From the human T2T-CHM13v2.0 reference genome, Homo sapiens: DNA of 64,000 nucleotides. Below are positions 36,245-54,563 of the stretch, piece after piece. How positions within the stretch are numbered: position 1 is the stretch's first letter; every line of letters starts with the position of its first letter. Position numbers and translations under genes: made by a program. Below the pieces are notes generated by a model, which was not told where the DNA came from, did no database searches, and was given only the letters and a program-made list of their open reading frames with translations. The stretch lies in NCBI RefSeq assembly GCF_009914755.1, contig NC_060937.1. One strand, given 5' to 3'.

Positions 36245-36800
36245 ATTGTGTTTGTTTTCTATGGCTGCTATAACAAATTACCACAGACATGGTGGCTTTG
36301 AATAACACAGATGTATTATCTCACACATCTGGAGGTCACAAGTCCAAAATGGGTCTCACTGGGCTTAAAGCAAGACGTCGGCCAGGTGCAGTGGCTCACA
36401 CCTGTAATCCCAGCAATTTGGGAGGCTGAGGCAGGTGGATCACTTGAGCTCAGGAGTTCAAGACCAGCCTGGGCAACATGGCAAAACCCTGTCTCTACAA
36501 AAAATACAAAAATTAGCTGGGTGTGGTAGTGTGTGCCTGTGGTCCCAGCTACTTGGGAGTCTGAGGCAGGAAGATTGCTTGAGCCCAGGAGGTTGAGGCT
36601 ACAGTGAGCCGTGATGGCGCTACTGCACTCCAGCCTGGGTGACAGAGTGAGACTCTGTCTCAAGAAAAAAATAAAAAATAAAAAATAAATAAAGATATCC
36701 CTATGGCTGTGTTCCCTCTGGTGCTCTAGGGGAGAATGTTTCCTTGTCATCTCCAGCTTCTAGAGGCTGCTTGTGTTCCTTGGCCTGGGGCCTCCTTCCA
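36245..36800 (-). mobile_element. MLT1C/D LTR fragment interrupted by AluJ (36380-36692, +)
   Basis: ggctgctataacaaattaccaca...agtccaaaatgggtctcactgggct; ctaggggagaat...ccagcttctagaggctgc. Confidence 0.8.
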
Positions 36801-37330
36801 CTTTTGTTTTCTTTTTCTTTTTTTTTTAGCTGCATTTATTTTACTTATGTAGTGAGGAAGAGCTTGCTGTGTTGCACAGGCTGCCCTCAAATTCCCCGGC
36901 TCAAATGATCCTCTCGCCTCAGCTTCCCAAGTAGGTGGGACTAAAGGCACATGCCACCTCACCTGGCTTACTAAACTCTATTTTTAAGAACAGTTTCAGG
37001 TTCACAGTAAAATTGAGTAGCAAGTACAGAGAGTTCCCATATATCCTCTGCCCCCACACATACATACACTCCCCCACTAGCAACATCCAGCAAGATTTGT
37101 GCAGGATGGTACATTTGTTACAATTGAGGAACCTACGCTGAGACATCATTATTAACCAAAGTTGACAGTTGACCTTAGGGTTCTGTCTTTTGTTTTGACA
37201 AATGTGTAAGGACCTGAATCCACAATTACAGTATCATACAGAATGATTTCACTGCCCTAAAAATCCTCTGTGCTCTACCTACACCTTGAACCCTTGGAAA
37301 CCACTGATCTTCTTACTGTCTCTATAGTCT

Positions 37331-38142
<812 letters not shown>

Positions 38143-38489
38143 TCATATAGTTGGAATCATAGGGTATGTAGCCTTTTCAGATTGGCTTCTTTCATTTGGC
38201 AATATGCATTTAAGGTTCCTCTGTGTCTTTTCATGGCTTAGTAGCTCATTTCTTTTTATTGCTGAGTAATATTCCATTGTCTGGATGTACCACAGTTTAT
38301 CCATTTGTCAGTTCATGTACATTTGGGTTGTTTCTACTTGTTGGCTATTATGAATAATGCAGACAAATATGTACAAGTTTTTGTCTGGACATATGTGTTC
38401 TTACCTAGCAGTGTAATTGCTGGGTTATATAATAACTCTATTTTATAATAAACTGTAATGCTGGACTGCTTTCCAAAGCCGCTGCACTA

Positions 38490-38806
38490 TTTTATTTTTT
38501 TATTTTATTATTATTATTTTTTTTTGAGATGGAGTCTAGCTCTGTTGCCCAGGCTGGAGTGCAGTGGCACAGTCTCGGCTCACTACAAGCTCCGCCTCCC
38601 AGGTTCATGCCATTCTCCTGCCTCAGCCTCCTGAGTAACTGGGACTACAGGCGCCCGCCACCACGCCCGGCTAATTTTTTGTATTTTTAGTAGAGACGGG
38701 GTTTCATCGTGTTAGCCAGGATGGTCTCGATCTCCTGACTTCGTGATCCACCCACCTTGGCCTCCCAAAGTGCTGGGATTACAGGCGTGAGTCACCATGC
38801 CCGGCC
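38490..38806 (-). mobile_element. AluY
   Basis: Y diagnostics; TSD gccgctgcactattttat. Confidence 0.94.
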
Positions 38807-39396
38807 GCCGCTGCACTATTTTATATTCCCACCAGCAATGTGTGAAGTCTCCAGTTTCTCCACATCCTTGTCAACACTTGTTATTATCTGTCTTTGGTTG
38901 TAGCGATCCTAGTGAGTGTGAAGTGATGTCTCATTGTGGTTTTGATAAGGGTCTAGTATCCAGAATGCTCTTTATAGCACTTTTTTGCTCTGTAGTGAAA
39001 GATCCAGTCACATACTGTATTCAATTGTCATGTCTTTTTAGTCATTTTTAATCTAGCTCTAATATTTTTAGATTCCTTTCCTCAAAGCCCAACATTTATT
39101 GGCAAAGGCATTTTTAGAAAATAATATACTTTAAGTAGCATTTTGAATTCTCAAAACAACCTACACGAACAGTATCCTTGGTCTTTCTGAGGTAGCACCT
39201 CACTCATTTTCTTGGCACAAACCACTCCTTTTGTTTTTCTTCATACTACAGAAGGGACACAGCATTTTACAAGCTTCCCTTTACAGTTCTTGAGTGCCTT
39301 GAAAGTGCCGAATCCTGCAAACAAACAAGAAGGAGGTGCCTGACCGACAGGATTAAACAAGAAGCCCCCTCTTTCTTCAAAAATCCAGCTGCCCCT

Positions 39397-39936
<540 letters not shown>

Positions 39937-41260
39937 TCATCCTGTGAGTGGCATGAAACAAAATCACTCAACCAGTGACAGATTTAAATGTTCAAAAATA
40001 GGCAGTCATGTCACTTTCCCCCACACAAATGCAGACGCCCACTTAGAATGGCCAGAACAAGAGCTACCGAGATTCCAACTAGAAGACTACTTGTGCTGTT
40101 TATAGTCAAACAGCTTGTAATCGTCACTGCTTCCTTCCTCCCTCCATCCTTTCATCGGAAGGAAGAACCATCTGCCTCCCTCCTCATTCTTCCCCGCCTC
40201 TCCTTGATCTCTGCAGGTTGACTTTAAGCCTGTCGGAAGTGAAGAACAGAAGGCGAGGTGGAGAGTCTTCTCTCTTAGGCACATCAGCTTCTTGCCTACA
40301 CATCTGGATGGTTGGCCCACTCTTTCCTGACGCAATGGTCTTTCTCTACATATCAGAACTTACCTACTCATTGATTGTAACTAGGTTTTGTCTTTCCTAT
40401 TTCCTGGCTTTTATTCATCCTTCCACTTGGAATTTCATCTGCTCACCAAAGTCTTAGCCTGCGTGCAAAAGCAAACTCAAATGCCACTTCCTACAGGCAG
40501 CCTCCTCTGAAATCTTTGCTCCTCCCCCAGGACACCTAGCACATAGGAGTTGCTTGAGTATTACTTGTTGAATGAGTGAATGAAGGAAGGAAGAATGAAA
40601 CTTTCATTGCCTCTGTTGCTTTATGTAACTCTTGTTAAAGTCACAGAGTATTAGAGTACAAGTGGTCCTGGGACATCCAGTCCACAGGAGGTGAGTTATT
40701 TTGTAAGTCAGGGTATGACAGCTGAAGGCTGTCACAGGTTGGTGGACTAAATTAATTTGAATTTTACATCTTCCTATTCTGTCTGTGCTGGGAAACTGGA
40801 GACAGAGATATGTATGCTTCGCAGGGCCCCTTGGCCCCGACTCTTCTATTTTATGCAGACAAGGATGTGGTCTTGCTGATGCTGAGTTTGTTCAGGAAAC
40901 AGAAGTCTGATGTTTGCAAATATTTCTTTAAATGGAAGCATTAAGTGTAGAGGTTGTTTGTGTAAGTTCTTCCTGAGAAGTGTTGAGAGTTCAGGTATAA
41001 CATGCCCATGGCAGATGACAAGATCAAGCTGCTCAGACTCAGCTAGACTCTACCTTGCACGCTCAGGGGCACAGGAAGCTGTACCCTCCTCCTGCCTCTC
41101 ACCCTCAGTCCCTGTCCCCAGTCACCACACTGCTCTGCAGTGCTCAAGAAGCTATGCCGGATCATGCCCATGATTGTGCTAAGCTTCTGTAGCTGTGGAT
41201 AATTATATTGGGCTTATAGCATGATGTGGAATAGATGCCAGAAATAAAGCCCTTGCCTTC

Positions 41261-41649
41261 TGTTATAGACTGAATTGTGTCCCCCTCCAGAATCACATTT
41301 TGGAGTCCTAACCCCCAGCACCTCAGAATGTGACTGTGTTTGGAGACTGGGTCTTTAAAGAGGTACATGAATTAAAATGAGGTCATTAAGGCAGACCCTT
41401 ATCCAATACCACTAGTGTCCTTATAAGAAGAGGAGGTTTAGACACAGAGATATGCAGAGGGAAGATGGTGTGAAGACACAGGGAAAAGGGGGATATCTAC
41501 AAGCCAAAGAGAGAGGCCTTGGGAGAAGAAACTCTGCCGGCATGTTCATCTTGGACTTCCAGCCCCCAGAGCTGTGAGAAAATAAATGTCTGTTGTTTAA
41601 GCCTCCCAGGCTATGGTACTTTGTAATGGCAGCCCCAGCCAGTTGATAC
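41261..41649 (+). mobile_element. MLT1B solo LTR
   Basis: tgttatagactgaattgtgtcccc...cctcagaatgtgactgtgtttggaga...gtgagaaaataaatgtctgttgtttaagcc. Confidence 0.87.
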
Positions 41650-42499
41650 TCCTTTGATGAGGTTTGTTGTGGAGAAATACATACATGGCTCATCCCCTCT
41701 CTAATGCTGGAAGGCATCGTGCACAAACCCATGCCTCCAGATCATAATCTGCACTCCAAGGAGGACCTGGGGCTGTTCTCTTTCCTTATGGAAGGGATGC
41801 AAATGTCCATCTCGAAGTGACTCTTTCCACTTTGAAACAAAGAGGAGCTGGAAGAATTTTGCCATTAAACTTTTAATAATAGTCATGTGTCTTCCTTAGG
41901 TATTTTTATATTTGCTTGTACCTTTGTTCAATAGAAAATGACAAATGCATGACTCTCCAGGCCCACCCACTCAACTCCCACGTTCCCAGCTGATTCAGTG
42001 TTCTCTGATCCACTGTCTCCGCTGGCTTGTCTCATCACTCCAACATAGGTGCTCACGTGCACACGCTTTGCCACTTCCAAGGGCATGGGAAGAGGTGAGG
42101 AATGAATTGCCAGTGTTGGGGTCTGGGCTCATCCACCCGCTGATGGCACGGCCATCCCTAGAGGCAAAAGGAGTCTCAGGCTGGTCATCACACTTGGCAT
42201 TCTGGAGTGTTCAAACATTTTTCATGAATGCTAACTCATTTAGTCATCAAAGAACCCTGCGATTTAGGCAGAGTGAAGCTATTATTTTCATTTTCAGGAG
42301 GAAACTGGGGCTCAGAAAGATGAGGTGCCACGTGCAGGGTCTCATAGTAAGGATGAGGGAGCACAGAGATGAGAGCCTTCTTTCAGTCACCACTCCTACG
42401 CTCTCCCAAGCCTTGGGCAAACATTAAGAACTCTGTGCCCTTGGTTGTCCCGTCACCAGCATTAAACTGGCTTATCTGGTGACATAGTAAGATTTTGAC

Positions 42500-42750
42500 A
42501 GCAACCACTTATGCAGTGCTGATGATGATCCAGGCACCTTTCTATGTAAATGCTGTACATGGATTCACATCTAACACCCTTATGACGTTAAGTCCTGTTA
42601 TTGTCACCTGCACTTTACAGATGCAGAGACTGAGGTGTGGAGAAGTTATATCGCTGGCCCAAGATTACACAGCTGTCAAGAGGCAGACTCAACCTTCACA
42701 CCCAGGCAGTCTGGCTGCAGGCTCTGCTCTCTTTGCTACTATGCCATAAC
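42500..42750. mobile_element. MIR (further MIR pieces at ~42230-42350 and ~43770-43950)
   Basis: tttacagatgcagagactgagg...gctggcccaagattacacagctg. Confidence 0.72.
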
Positions 42751-42823
42751 TGCCCCTCACTGAGAGGCCTCTGTCTGTGGTCAGGATGGTCAAGACCACA
42801 TGGAGGCCAGGAAGGTTGTTACC

Positions 42824-43193
42824 TGCCACAGGGACAGAACCATTGTGTCCTTCCAAAATTCATAATTCAAAACCTTCCCCACTAATGTGATGGTATTGGG
42901 AGGTGGGGCCTTTAGAGGTGATTAGAATTAGATGGGGTCCTGAGGGTGGGGCCCTCATAGCGGGATTGGTGTCCTTATAGGAAGGGACACCAGAGAGCTG
43001 GCTTCCTCTCTTTGCCCCGTGAGGACACGGTGAGGAGGTATAATCCAGGAAACAGGAGGAAGACCCTCCCCAGACATCGAATCTGCCAGAGCCTTGAGCT
43101 TGGATGTCCCAGTAACCAGAATGGCAAGAAACTACTGTTATGTAAGCCGCCTGGTCTGTTGTGTTTTGTTATAGCAGCCGGGCTGACTAAGAC
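42824..43193 (+). mobile_element. MLT1A-type solo LTR
   Basis: aatgtgatggtattgggaggtggggccttt...gagggtggggccctcat...tgttttgttatagcagccgggctgactaagac. Confidence 0.85.
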
Positions 43194-44212
43194 GACTGCC
43201 ATCCCCCCCCACCAAGTGAGCACTCTGTGCCCCAAATCAAGCCCTGGAATGCCCCGAAGTCTGAGCTCCCTGGAGCCCGAGCTCCTATCCCTCCAGCTAG
43301 CATCAGCGGTTCCTGGTGTCCCTCCATCTGGTTTGGCTTCACATTCCCAGCAAAGCGGTCCAAACTAGGTCAGTAACAGCAGGAGCGGGTGGCCTGTGCT
43401 TCCTGCATCCTCCTGCTCCCTGAGCAATCTGGTCCAGTGGCTGAGAACAGTATCTCCTCAGGCTGCCGCAAAGCCCTGCTGAGGAGGACAGTGATTCAGG
43501 CTGAGTGTGTCTTAATGGTTCTGTCTGCTCCTTCTTTGCATGTATCAGAGCCTGCTGCTCCGAAGAGGTTTTCAAGCTCACGGAAACAATGGGGCTGGCA
43601 GTTTTCAGTACAGAACTTGTGCTCACCAGAGGGGAAAGGGCTCTTAGGGCAGTGAGAACCCAGGGTATGCCAGGGGAGCTTCCAACAGCAGAGAGAAAGA
43701 CCTTGGATATTTGTAGCCTCAGCTCCTCACCGGCTGTATGACCCTGGAGAGTATAGTCATCACAGTAGCACTTATGGGCCACTTGTTATGAATCAGGCCC
43801 TTTGCTAAGCATTTTACATATATGGTCTCATTCAATCCTCACAACGACCTGGGGAGAGCGCCTCATTTTATGGATAAGGATATTGAGGTCCAGGGACAAG
43901 GAGGCTGAGTTATTTGCTCAAGGTCATACATTTAGTAAACAGCTAGGATTTGATCAAGATTGTTCCTTGTTCTCTCTCTCCTTTCCTCCCTCCCATCCTC
44001 CCTATCTCTCTCTCCTTTCTTTCCTCTTTCTCTTCCTTCCACTCAACAAATATTTGTAGCATCTGTCTGACGCTATGCCAACGGGGAGGTACAGTAGTGA
44101 ACACGACATTTTGGTCCCCACCTGAGGCTAACTACGCTCTGTTGTCTCCCAAGCCATTTAAGCCTTTTCCTGCCAAGCCCCACATGGAGAAAGCGACCCC
44201 TGTGAGGCCCCC

Positions 44213-44827
44213 ACTGGGGTTCAGAAAGCAATACCCCAAAGTCTGGCACTTTGATATGCGGAGAGGACTTAGAAGCTGCCCAAGAATCAAGGTCCCTGTA
44301 ACCTTACCTTGTCCTCTTCCCCCTACCTACATCAAGTGCAGAGAAGAGCTCTCTGAAATTTCCTTATCTGGCCAATAAAGCTTCTTTCCAAAGGATATGA
44401 AATTGTTTTAAGACCTCCTGCCTAGGGATCCCATCAAGTAACCAGGAAAAATAAACTGAAAGAGAAGAGGCTGGGTGTTATCAACACACCCAGACAGATT
44501 TTTCATCTATTCCTTTGAGGCCAGCTCCAAGAGATGACTTGGGAGATTTTGTCTGCATAAGACACCTTTTGTTCCTGTGCAGCCCCATCCCTCACCTTCC
44601 CTAATGCCTGCCTCCCACCTCCCAGGTCCTTAAGTCTCTTCCCTATGAAGAGAGTACTTAGGCCTCAACCATCCGGCCCTCTTTGAGTTCATATTGTGTA
44701 TGACTCCTGTGGGCACACATGCATGTAAATACATTTTACATGCCTGTTTCCTGTTAATCACCTTTTGTCAGTTGATTTTTCAGCAAACCTTCAGAGAACA
44801 AAGGAAAATTTTCCCTTTGCTCCCACA
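44213..44827 (+). mobile_element. MER34/MER39-like ERV1 solo LTR
   Basis: ggggttcagaaagcaataccccaaagtctggcactttga...gttgatttttcagcaaaccttcagag. Confidence 0.72.
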
Positions 44828-46328
44828 ACCCAATGGTCTTCCCTTGGCTTTTAGGTGCATTCAGAAGTGGGAATATTGAGACTGAGAAGCATTAAGTATC
44901 TGGGCACTTGGGTACACCTGTTTGAAGCTTGGGGCAAAGTTGGGGAATCAACCTTTGGGAGTGAATGAGTTTGTCCAAAATGAAGTGTGTAGTGGGAGGA
45001 CAAGAAGGGGGATGAACCAAGGGTAGAACCAGGATGGGTGGCAAGGCTGTGGGAATTAATGGATGGGTGAAGAAGAGAAAGCCTATGACAGGGCTATGAA
45101 GGAACATCAGAGAGGTGAGGGAAGAACCAGAAGAGAGCATTGTCCTAGAAGTCAGGGAAGGCGTGAGTGCCAAGTTATGGGGTGTGGTCAACAGGATTAC
45201 GTGGCAGCCCGATAGTTTAGCCTTCTTCAGCGACATTTGTTTTTTTCTAATACACAGAATTCCTCCTCCTATTTCTTTTGAATTCCTTTTCCTTTTTAAT
45301 AAAGTGGAAGGGAAAGCTCTGACTCCAGTCACCTGGACTCACTCCCTCAATGCCAACTCACTTTTGCCGGGTCCTTGTATATCCTTCCTGTGGTAGTCTC
45401 TCCAGTTAATGTTTGTGAAAGTAAAATTGTCAACTTATTTACCAGTTCAACTGCTAGATGGAATTGTGTTCAAGTTCCATTTATACAAAAATACCCCAAA
45501 TTCTGTTTTTTGTAAGTTTTGCATCATTCTTAATGTAATGTTGCAAATACAATAAGTTTTACATTATTTTCCACTTAGAGTAGGGTTGGTGGTTTGAAAC
45601 AGAATGTTCCCTTCCCTCCTGAGAATTGCCACAAATTTCCTATTCCCGGCCTGAGGGACAGCCCATTTGCAGAATGAGAAGTTTGACACACGTGAAAACC
45701 AGTGAGCAATCTAGTTAATAGCTCTGCCAGCTTCCTGGTGTTCAGAAAGATCACTCACTTGGATTCGTTCCCCAGTTAAGTGTCCTTTGCACCATGGCAG
45801 CTTTCAACATTTGAGCAAAGCTTTATCAGGCAGGATTGCCATCCAGGAGAGCAGGGCATGGTTTTGTCATCAAGGTAGATACCGGGCTCTGCCATTTCCA
45901 CCTCAAGGACATCCTTCCAGGTCCTCACCACGAGCTTTGGGCTCTCATTCTTCCTTCCTCACCTGGGCCCTTCACAGAACTTTCTCCGTGGGGGACGACA
46001 GCCAATATGTCTGGTGTAGCTCAACCTTCAAGTTTTGTTTTTTGAAATGTGTATGTTTTCATATGGTTAGAAATTTTTAAAAATGTAAAAAGGTATAAAG
46101 TGAAAATCTTCACTTCTCTTCCTGTATTCATCCACCCAATTTGTGCTCCTCCCCATGTACCCAAAGGTAACCGCTTGTATTAGTTTCCAGCTCAAACACT
46201 GTGCTCTCCATAGACCAGTGTCTAATCCTCCCACTGGGTCCCATTGCTCCTTTCTCTGACTTCCTAAGTTTGCTGGCACCTGTGTGAGAGAGTACCCCAT
46301 GTTATAATGAGCTGTTTGCCTGTATGTT

Positions 46329-47043
46329 AGGGGTCAGCAAACTTTTCCTGTAAAGGGTCAGATAGTAAATATTTAGGCTTAGGGGACAAGAGGCAAAATT
46401 GAGGCAATTATATATGTCTTTAGGACAAAAGAGAATAGATTTCCACAACATTGTTACTGATGAAATTCAAAATACAAGAATAACTGAGTATAATGTTTCA
46501 GGTCTACTAATGAAAAGAATGTTATTAGTTTATGGACATTGTATCTGGGCATGGTGGCTCATATCTGTAATCCTAGCACTTTGGGAGACCAAGGTGGGAG
46601 GATTGCTTGAGACCAGGAGTTTGAGACCAGCCTGAACAATAAAGCAAGACCCCATTTCTACAAAATAAATGAACAAATAAGTAAACAAAATTAAAAAAAA
46701 AATTAGCTGGGCATGATGGCATGTGCCTGTGGTCCCAGCTACTTGGGAGGCTGAGGCAGGAGGATCCCTTGAACCCAGGAGTCTGAGGCTATAGTGAGCT
46801 ATAATGGCTCCACTGTACTGCAGCCTGGGTGACAGAGCATGACCTTGTTTCCAAAAAACAAATAAAAATAAATAAAATTTATGGACATTGAAATTAGAAT
46901 TCCATATAATTTTACATTACAAAAATATTCTTCTTTTGATCTTTAAAAAAATATATTTTAAAATGTAAAAATCTTTCTCAGCTTGTGGTCTATACAAAAA
47001 CAAGGAGCAGCCAGATTTGGCCTGCAAACCGTACTGACTCCTG
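46329..47043. mobile_element. MER58B-like hAT element interrupted by AluJ (46545-46878, +)
   Basis: aggggtcagcaaacttttcctgtaaagggtcagatagtaaatatttaggctt...gccagatttggcctgca; Alu TSD ttatggacattg. Confidence 0.8.
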
Positions 47044-47357
47044 CCCTCTAGGATGTTATCATCTTCTTGAAAGCAAGGCCTCTGGCTTATCTTAGTGTTC
47101 CCTGTGACACCTTGCAAAATCTCAATACATATTCATTCACCACAAGGGTCTTGTCCAGCAAGTAATGACAGCTTTCCCGCAGATATTAAACTGAGAACTC
47201 CACATTTGCTATCTTAAGGTTCACAGCAGCCTGACGAGGCACTATCATTATCCTCTATTACTGATGAAGCAATGCAGGATTAAGGAGCGAGTTTGTCCTC
47301 CTCTGCCATGAAGCTATTATGCAGTAGAGTTATGAAGCTGTTTAGTTTGCCAGCCCA

Positions 47358-47767
<410 letters not shown>

Positions 47768-47975
47768 TCAGCGCTCCAGACTCACGGCCTGGAGACAGCT
47801 GGTCTCTAGAAAGAAGGAGTTGTCTGAGTACAAGCAGAAAAGGCAAGCCTCAACAGTCACCAGCAGCTTCCGGAAGCTCAGGACTAGGCATTGATCCTAG
47901 AACCAGTTTCTTACACCCCACATTTCAACAGGGGCAAGAGGAACCCAATAGCTTTATTTTAATTAAAAACATTGT

Positions 47976-48586
<611 letters not shown>

Positions 48587-50094
48587 TAGTTTTGACTGAT
48601 TTAACATTGAATCAGGTTGGTGTTTTTCCTTTATGTAACAAAATTTTATTTCCTAATAGAGCTAGGCATGCTGTTACACATATACAAAAAAATGTAGTAC
48701 TGAAGCTTTTAAGATGTTGGTATACAAGACTATTTTGTAATGTAGGAAAATGTTTCCGATCTGTGGTTAACTAGAAAAAGCAGGTTAGAAACAGTATGGA
48801 GGCCATGTATCTGTTTAAATAATCAATGTGCAGAACAGGAGAGAAAGAGGACGCACCTGAACATACCCACAGTGTGCATCCCTGGGTGGGAAGATTATGG
48901 TGTTTCTTCCTTGTGCTTATGTGCATTTCTATGGCTTTTCTTCCAAAAACTGATTACTTTTGTAAAATGTTAATTAAAAAAAAAGCTACTGCCAAGGGTT
49001 AGACAGGCTGCAATGACCACGCTATGGCGTAAATAATTGGAAACTGGATGTGCTCACTCCTGTGTGTGTGCCTGGTGGTTATGTCAAATGTATTACATTC
49101 AGTGCTTGATTTGAGTCCCTTTTTTCGGGAATGTGTGTTCATTTGACAATGTCAAATAGTTTGGTGAGAAAAATGTACCTGTTGAGGCTAAAATTTGACT
49201 TTGAATTGTGCCTTGAATTCAAATCGAAGGCATTATTATAAACTCTGTAAGTAGTATTTTTTGTGGGGGGGATACAGGATTGGGTTCCTCTTTTTACTCT
49301 GTTAGGAAACTAGTTCCAAACTGTTAAAATGTTCATAATGTTCAAACAGCATCGTGAACAAACTAAATTTGTGGAAGGAAAAGTCATACCTCTTGAATCA
49401 GCATCTTGAAAACATTCATTCAATAGATCATCTTCCCATTGGAGTAGTACCATTTGCCTTTTGCCAAAGGGCTTTCAGTGTGTGGTTTGGATTTAATAAA
49501 GGGCAGAATGAAATTGTGTGTATGCAGTTTCCCACTGGTTTGAGTCAGTGTGTCACTGCTCTGGTGCAAAACGAAAATCACAAGACACAATGTATTAAGA
49601 GCTGGTGGGCAAAACAGCTTCCTCGGCCCCAGATTAATGCCTGTGCAGGAGCTCCTTAAATAGTTTAATTTTGGCAATATAGTTTGACATGAAGATCTTC
49701 TTAAGTTACTGGTTTTCTTTTCTTATGCAAACACTTCAAGACTTCTATATCTGAGTGAGTTTTGTTCTTCAAAGTACTTCCTGTGAAGTAATCCACTTTT
49801 CTCAAAGCTGATAGTACTCTTCAAAGTGTTTTTGAAACTCTTCTTTCATAATTGTTCTCTGAACCAGCTTACAAACTGTGTAATAAAATCAGTCTTTTTA
49901 CTTTATAGTTATGCCAGATGTACAAATCAAAATGGCATTTCCCTATCTGGGAGAAAATAAAGTTATATTCTTAATCACATGTTATGCCAAAATAAAAAAC
50001 AAATGGATAAAACATTAAACAATAAAAAAAGAAAACATGAAAATGTGAAAGGAAATTGTGAGAGAAAATTGTTTTACTAATCTCAGAATGGTGA

Positions 50095-50416
<322 letters not shown>

Positions 50417-50451
50417 GTGAAGATCTTTTTAAATATGATGCAAACATATAT

Positions 50452-51440
<989 letters not shown>

Positions 51441-52168
51441 AACACAGAAACAGTAAAACAGGAGGCTGACAATCTGACTACAGACAGACACAAAAAGTGG
51501 ACCACAGGCCTGCGCCCAGGGGGAGTGCATTCCAGCAGCCTTGCTGTCGGTGCATGGCTAACTCAACCTGTCTTTATCCTTCTAATCAGCAGTTTGAAAT
51601 GAAACATGGACTTGAGAAACAGCCCCTTTTTTCCCCTAAAGGCTTTTTAAAAGATGTATTTAAAATAAGAATTATTAGATTGAGAATAAAACCTGAGCAA
51701 TTCTTCAGAAGCAACATGATTGATGTGTCTGGCATGTGGAGATACTTGCTATACCTTTCTCTTGGGTTGTTTCTTGTTTGGGGAACATTTTCTGAATGAG
51801 AAACTTCCATGTGTTAGTCCAGATGTTACTCTGTATTCAATATTAATTTTTCACGCCACTTAACACTGATTTTTTAAATTATAAACTGTTTTTTTCTTTC
51901 ATGAATTGTCTCTATGTAATTGAATTTTTAAAAGTTTTAAACTGAGAAAAAAGTTCTGCTGTGTGTGGCTTTCTTTTGTAATATAGAAGTATTTGGGAGT
52001 TTCCACTGGATTTATCGCTATGTATGTTAAAAGAACGTAGGGTGGCAAATCATGGTGAATATGGGAATAATCATCACAGTGGTTTTGATTCACTAAACTT
52101 CTGCAGGGGTGGTCGATAAGGTTTAGCTTTAGGAGGTTGGTTTGCATAAGCTTTCTCCAAAAGTCTAG

Positions 52169-52524
<356 letters not shown>

Positions 52525-54170
52525 AATGATGCATTCTTTAAAAGAACCTCCAATATAAAGCTTTTACAAATATTAATCTCTGAGGGAAAAAATAGCAGCA
52601 GTTTTTTTTTTTAAGAAGAAAACTAGGTGGAAATTTCTTATATAGCTGTCTTTCTTCCTGAGAGGAACATCACATGCCTTAGTTCTATTTGTGAAGTATA
52701 ATTTCCTCTTTTGGCTATTTAGTCTCACAAAAGAAGAATTTCAATGGTGTTAGTAATAACTGGGAAAAAAATAGCAAAAAACAGGTAAGAAAAAGCACAC
52801 AAAATGTACCATAAACATAGCGGAAAACAAAAATGGATTGTAATTAGTGCTGAGGACTCCTCCTTGCTAAGTCACGTCTGCCTGCAGTGAAGCCTGTGAA
52901 TTTTAGAAGAGAAAAGATTTTTGCTTGTAGAGTTGAAAGTCATCTTGAAGGGCAATACAGACAGCTCACCAATACTAAGGCCATCAGCATGCCACAGAAG
53001 TGGGAGCCCTAAAGGCACAATTGAGTGAGTGTACGTGTGTGTGTGTGTACACATGTGGGCTCTCCTACCTTCCTCATCTCCTGGCACCTCCCACCCATAT
53101 TGGGAGAAGGCTATGAATATATCAATATATGCGATATACTGCATTGATATTGACAGATTCCCGTTCCACCCTTCCTCATCCTGTCAGTTATTGAACTGAA
53201 CCCTATATAGGGTGGCCTGTGAGCAGATCGGGGGAAAGAATATTTTGTCTGTGTCATTTTGGTTTGTATGAAAGCCTCCCCCTCTCTCTGTTTCTATCTC
53301 TCTCTCTGTGTCATCACAGTGATTAAAAAGGATTTGACTGAGTCTTTCATCGGCCTCCAGTCTATAATTATGTACAAACAAGCCCTTTGAAATGCCCTCC
53401 TCTTGGTTTACTCTAGGCATCAGTATTAGCAGGGATTGGGGTGTCCTTCACAAAGCGAGAACAAACTTATTAGATAAGCGACTCTCAGAAGGTAGGGCAG
53501 ATATGAGTTATATTCAGAAAAGTCAGTGAGAAGGAAGTTGCCCTGGATGAAAAGATGAGGAACGGAAATTGTAAGGGACAGGAAATAGTTGTTCTTTTTT
53601 AGCCATATGAGCCAGGTGTGGCCAAACGTGTTCAGCTGATAGAGGGACCACTGAAGTTGGGGGGCTAGGGAGCCATCGATGCTCAAAGCATTATTTGGAT
53701 GGTTTGACTCTCAAGTCATGAAGCTGGTTGCCTCTACATTTTCATTAATGTCTGGAAGAAAAAATTATTTGGCGTTTTCAGCACTGGCAGCTTCTAGAAA
53801 TTCTCAGTCTGTATCCATGGGCTCCAACCCCAACATTCTAAAGCACTAGCTGAGCTTTAAAGCAGCCACTCCAGGAGGTTTTGATGCAGACCATCTCCAG
53901 AACAGGCTTCGAGGAACATTGCCGCAGGCGCACTCCATCAGTCAGAGTGAGAGAACCAGCAGCGTTTCCACCTCTCCGGGGGCCTTTTTGCTGGTTCCAG
54001 TCTGCTGGGGACTCACTCACATTGAGACTGGGAATGCAGGCTTCGGGCAAACATGACTTAGCAAGGAGGCGTCCTCAGCATTAAAGCACTCAGTACTTTT
54101 CGCTCCCTTATTTCGTAAACATAAAACTGCTAAAAAAAACAGTAAGTCTATTGATTAAAAAAAAAAATCC

Positions 54171-54563
<393 letters not shown>

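Noticed and set aside
49141-49157. Inverted repeat atttgaca-a-tgtcaaat as a TALE-homeodomain dimer site
   Set aside because: The spacer is 1 nt rather than the usual 2, and 8-bp arms are expected by chance in 64 kb.
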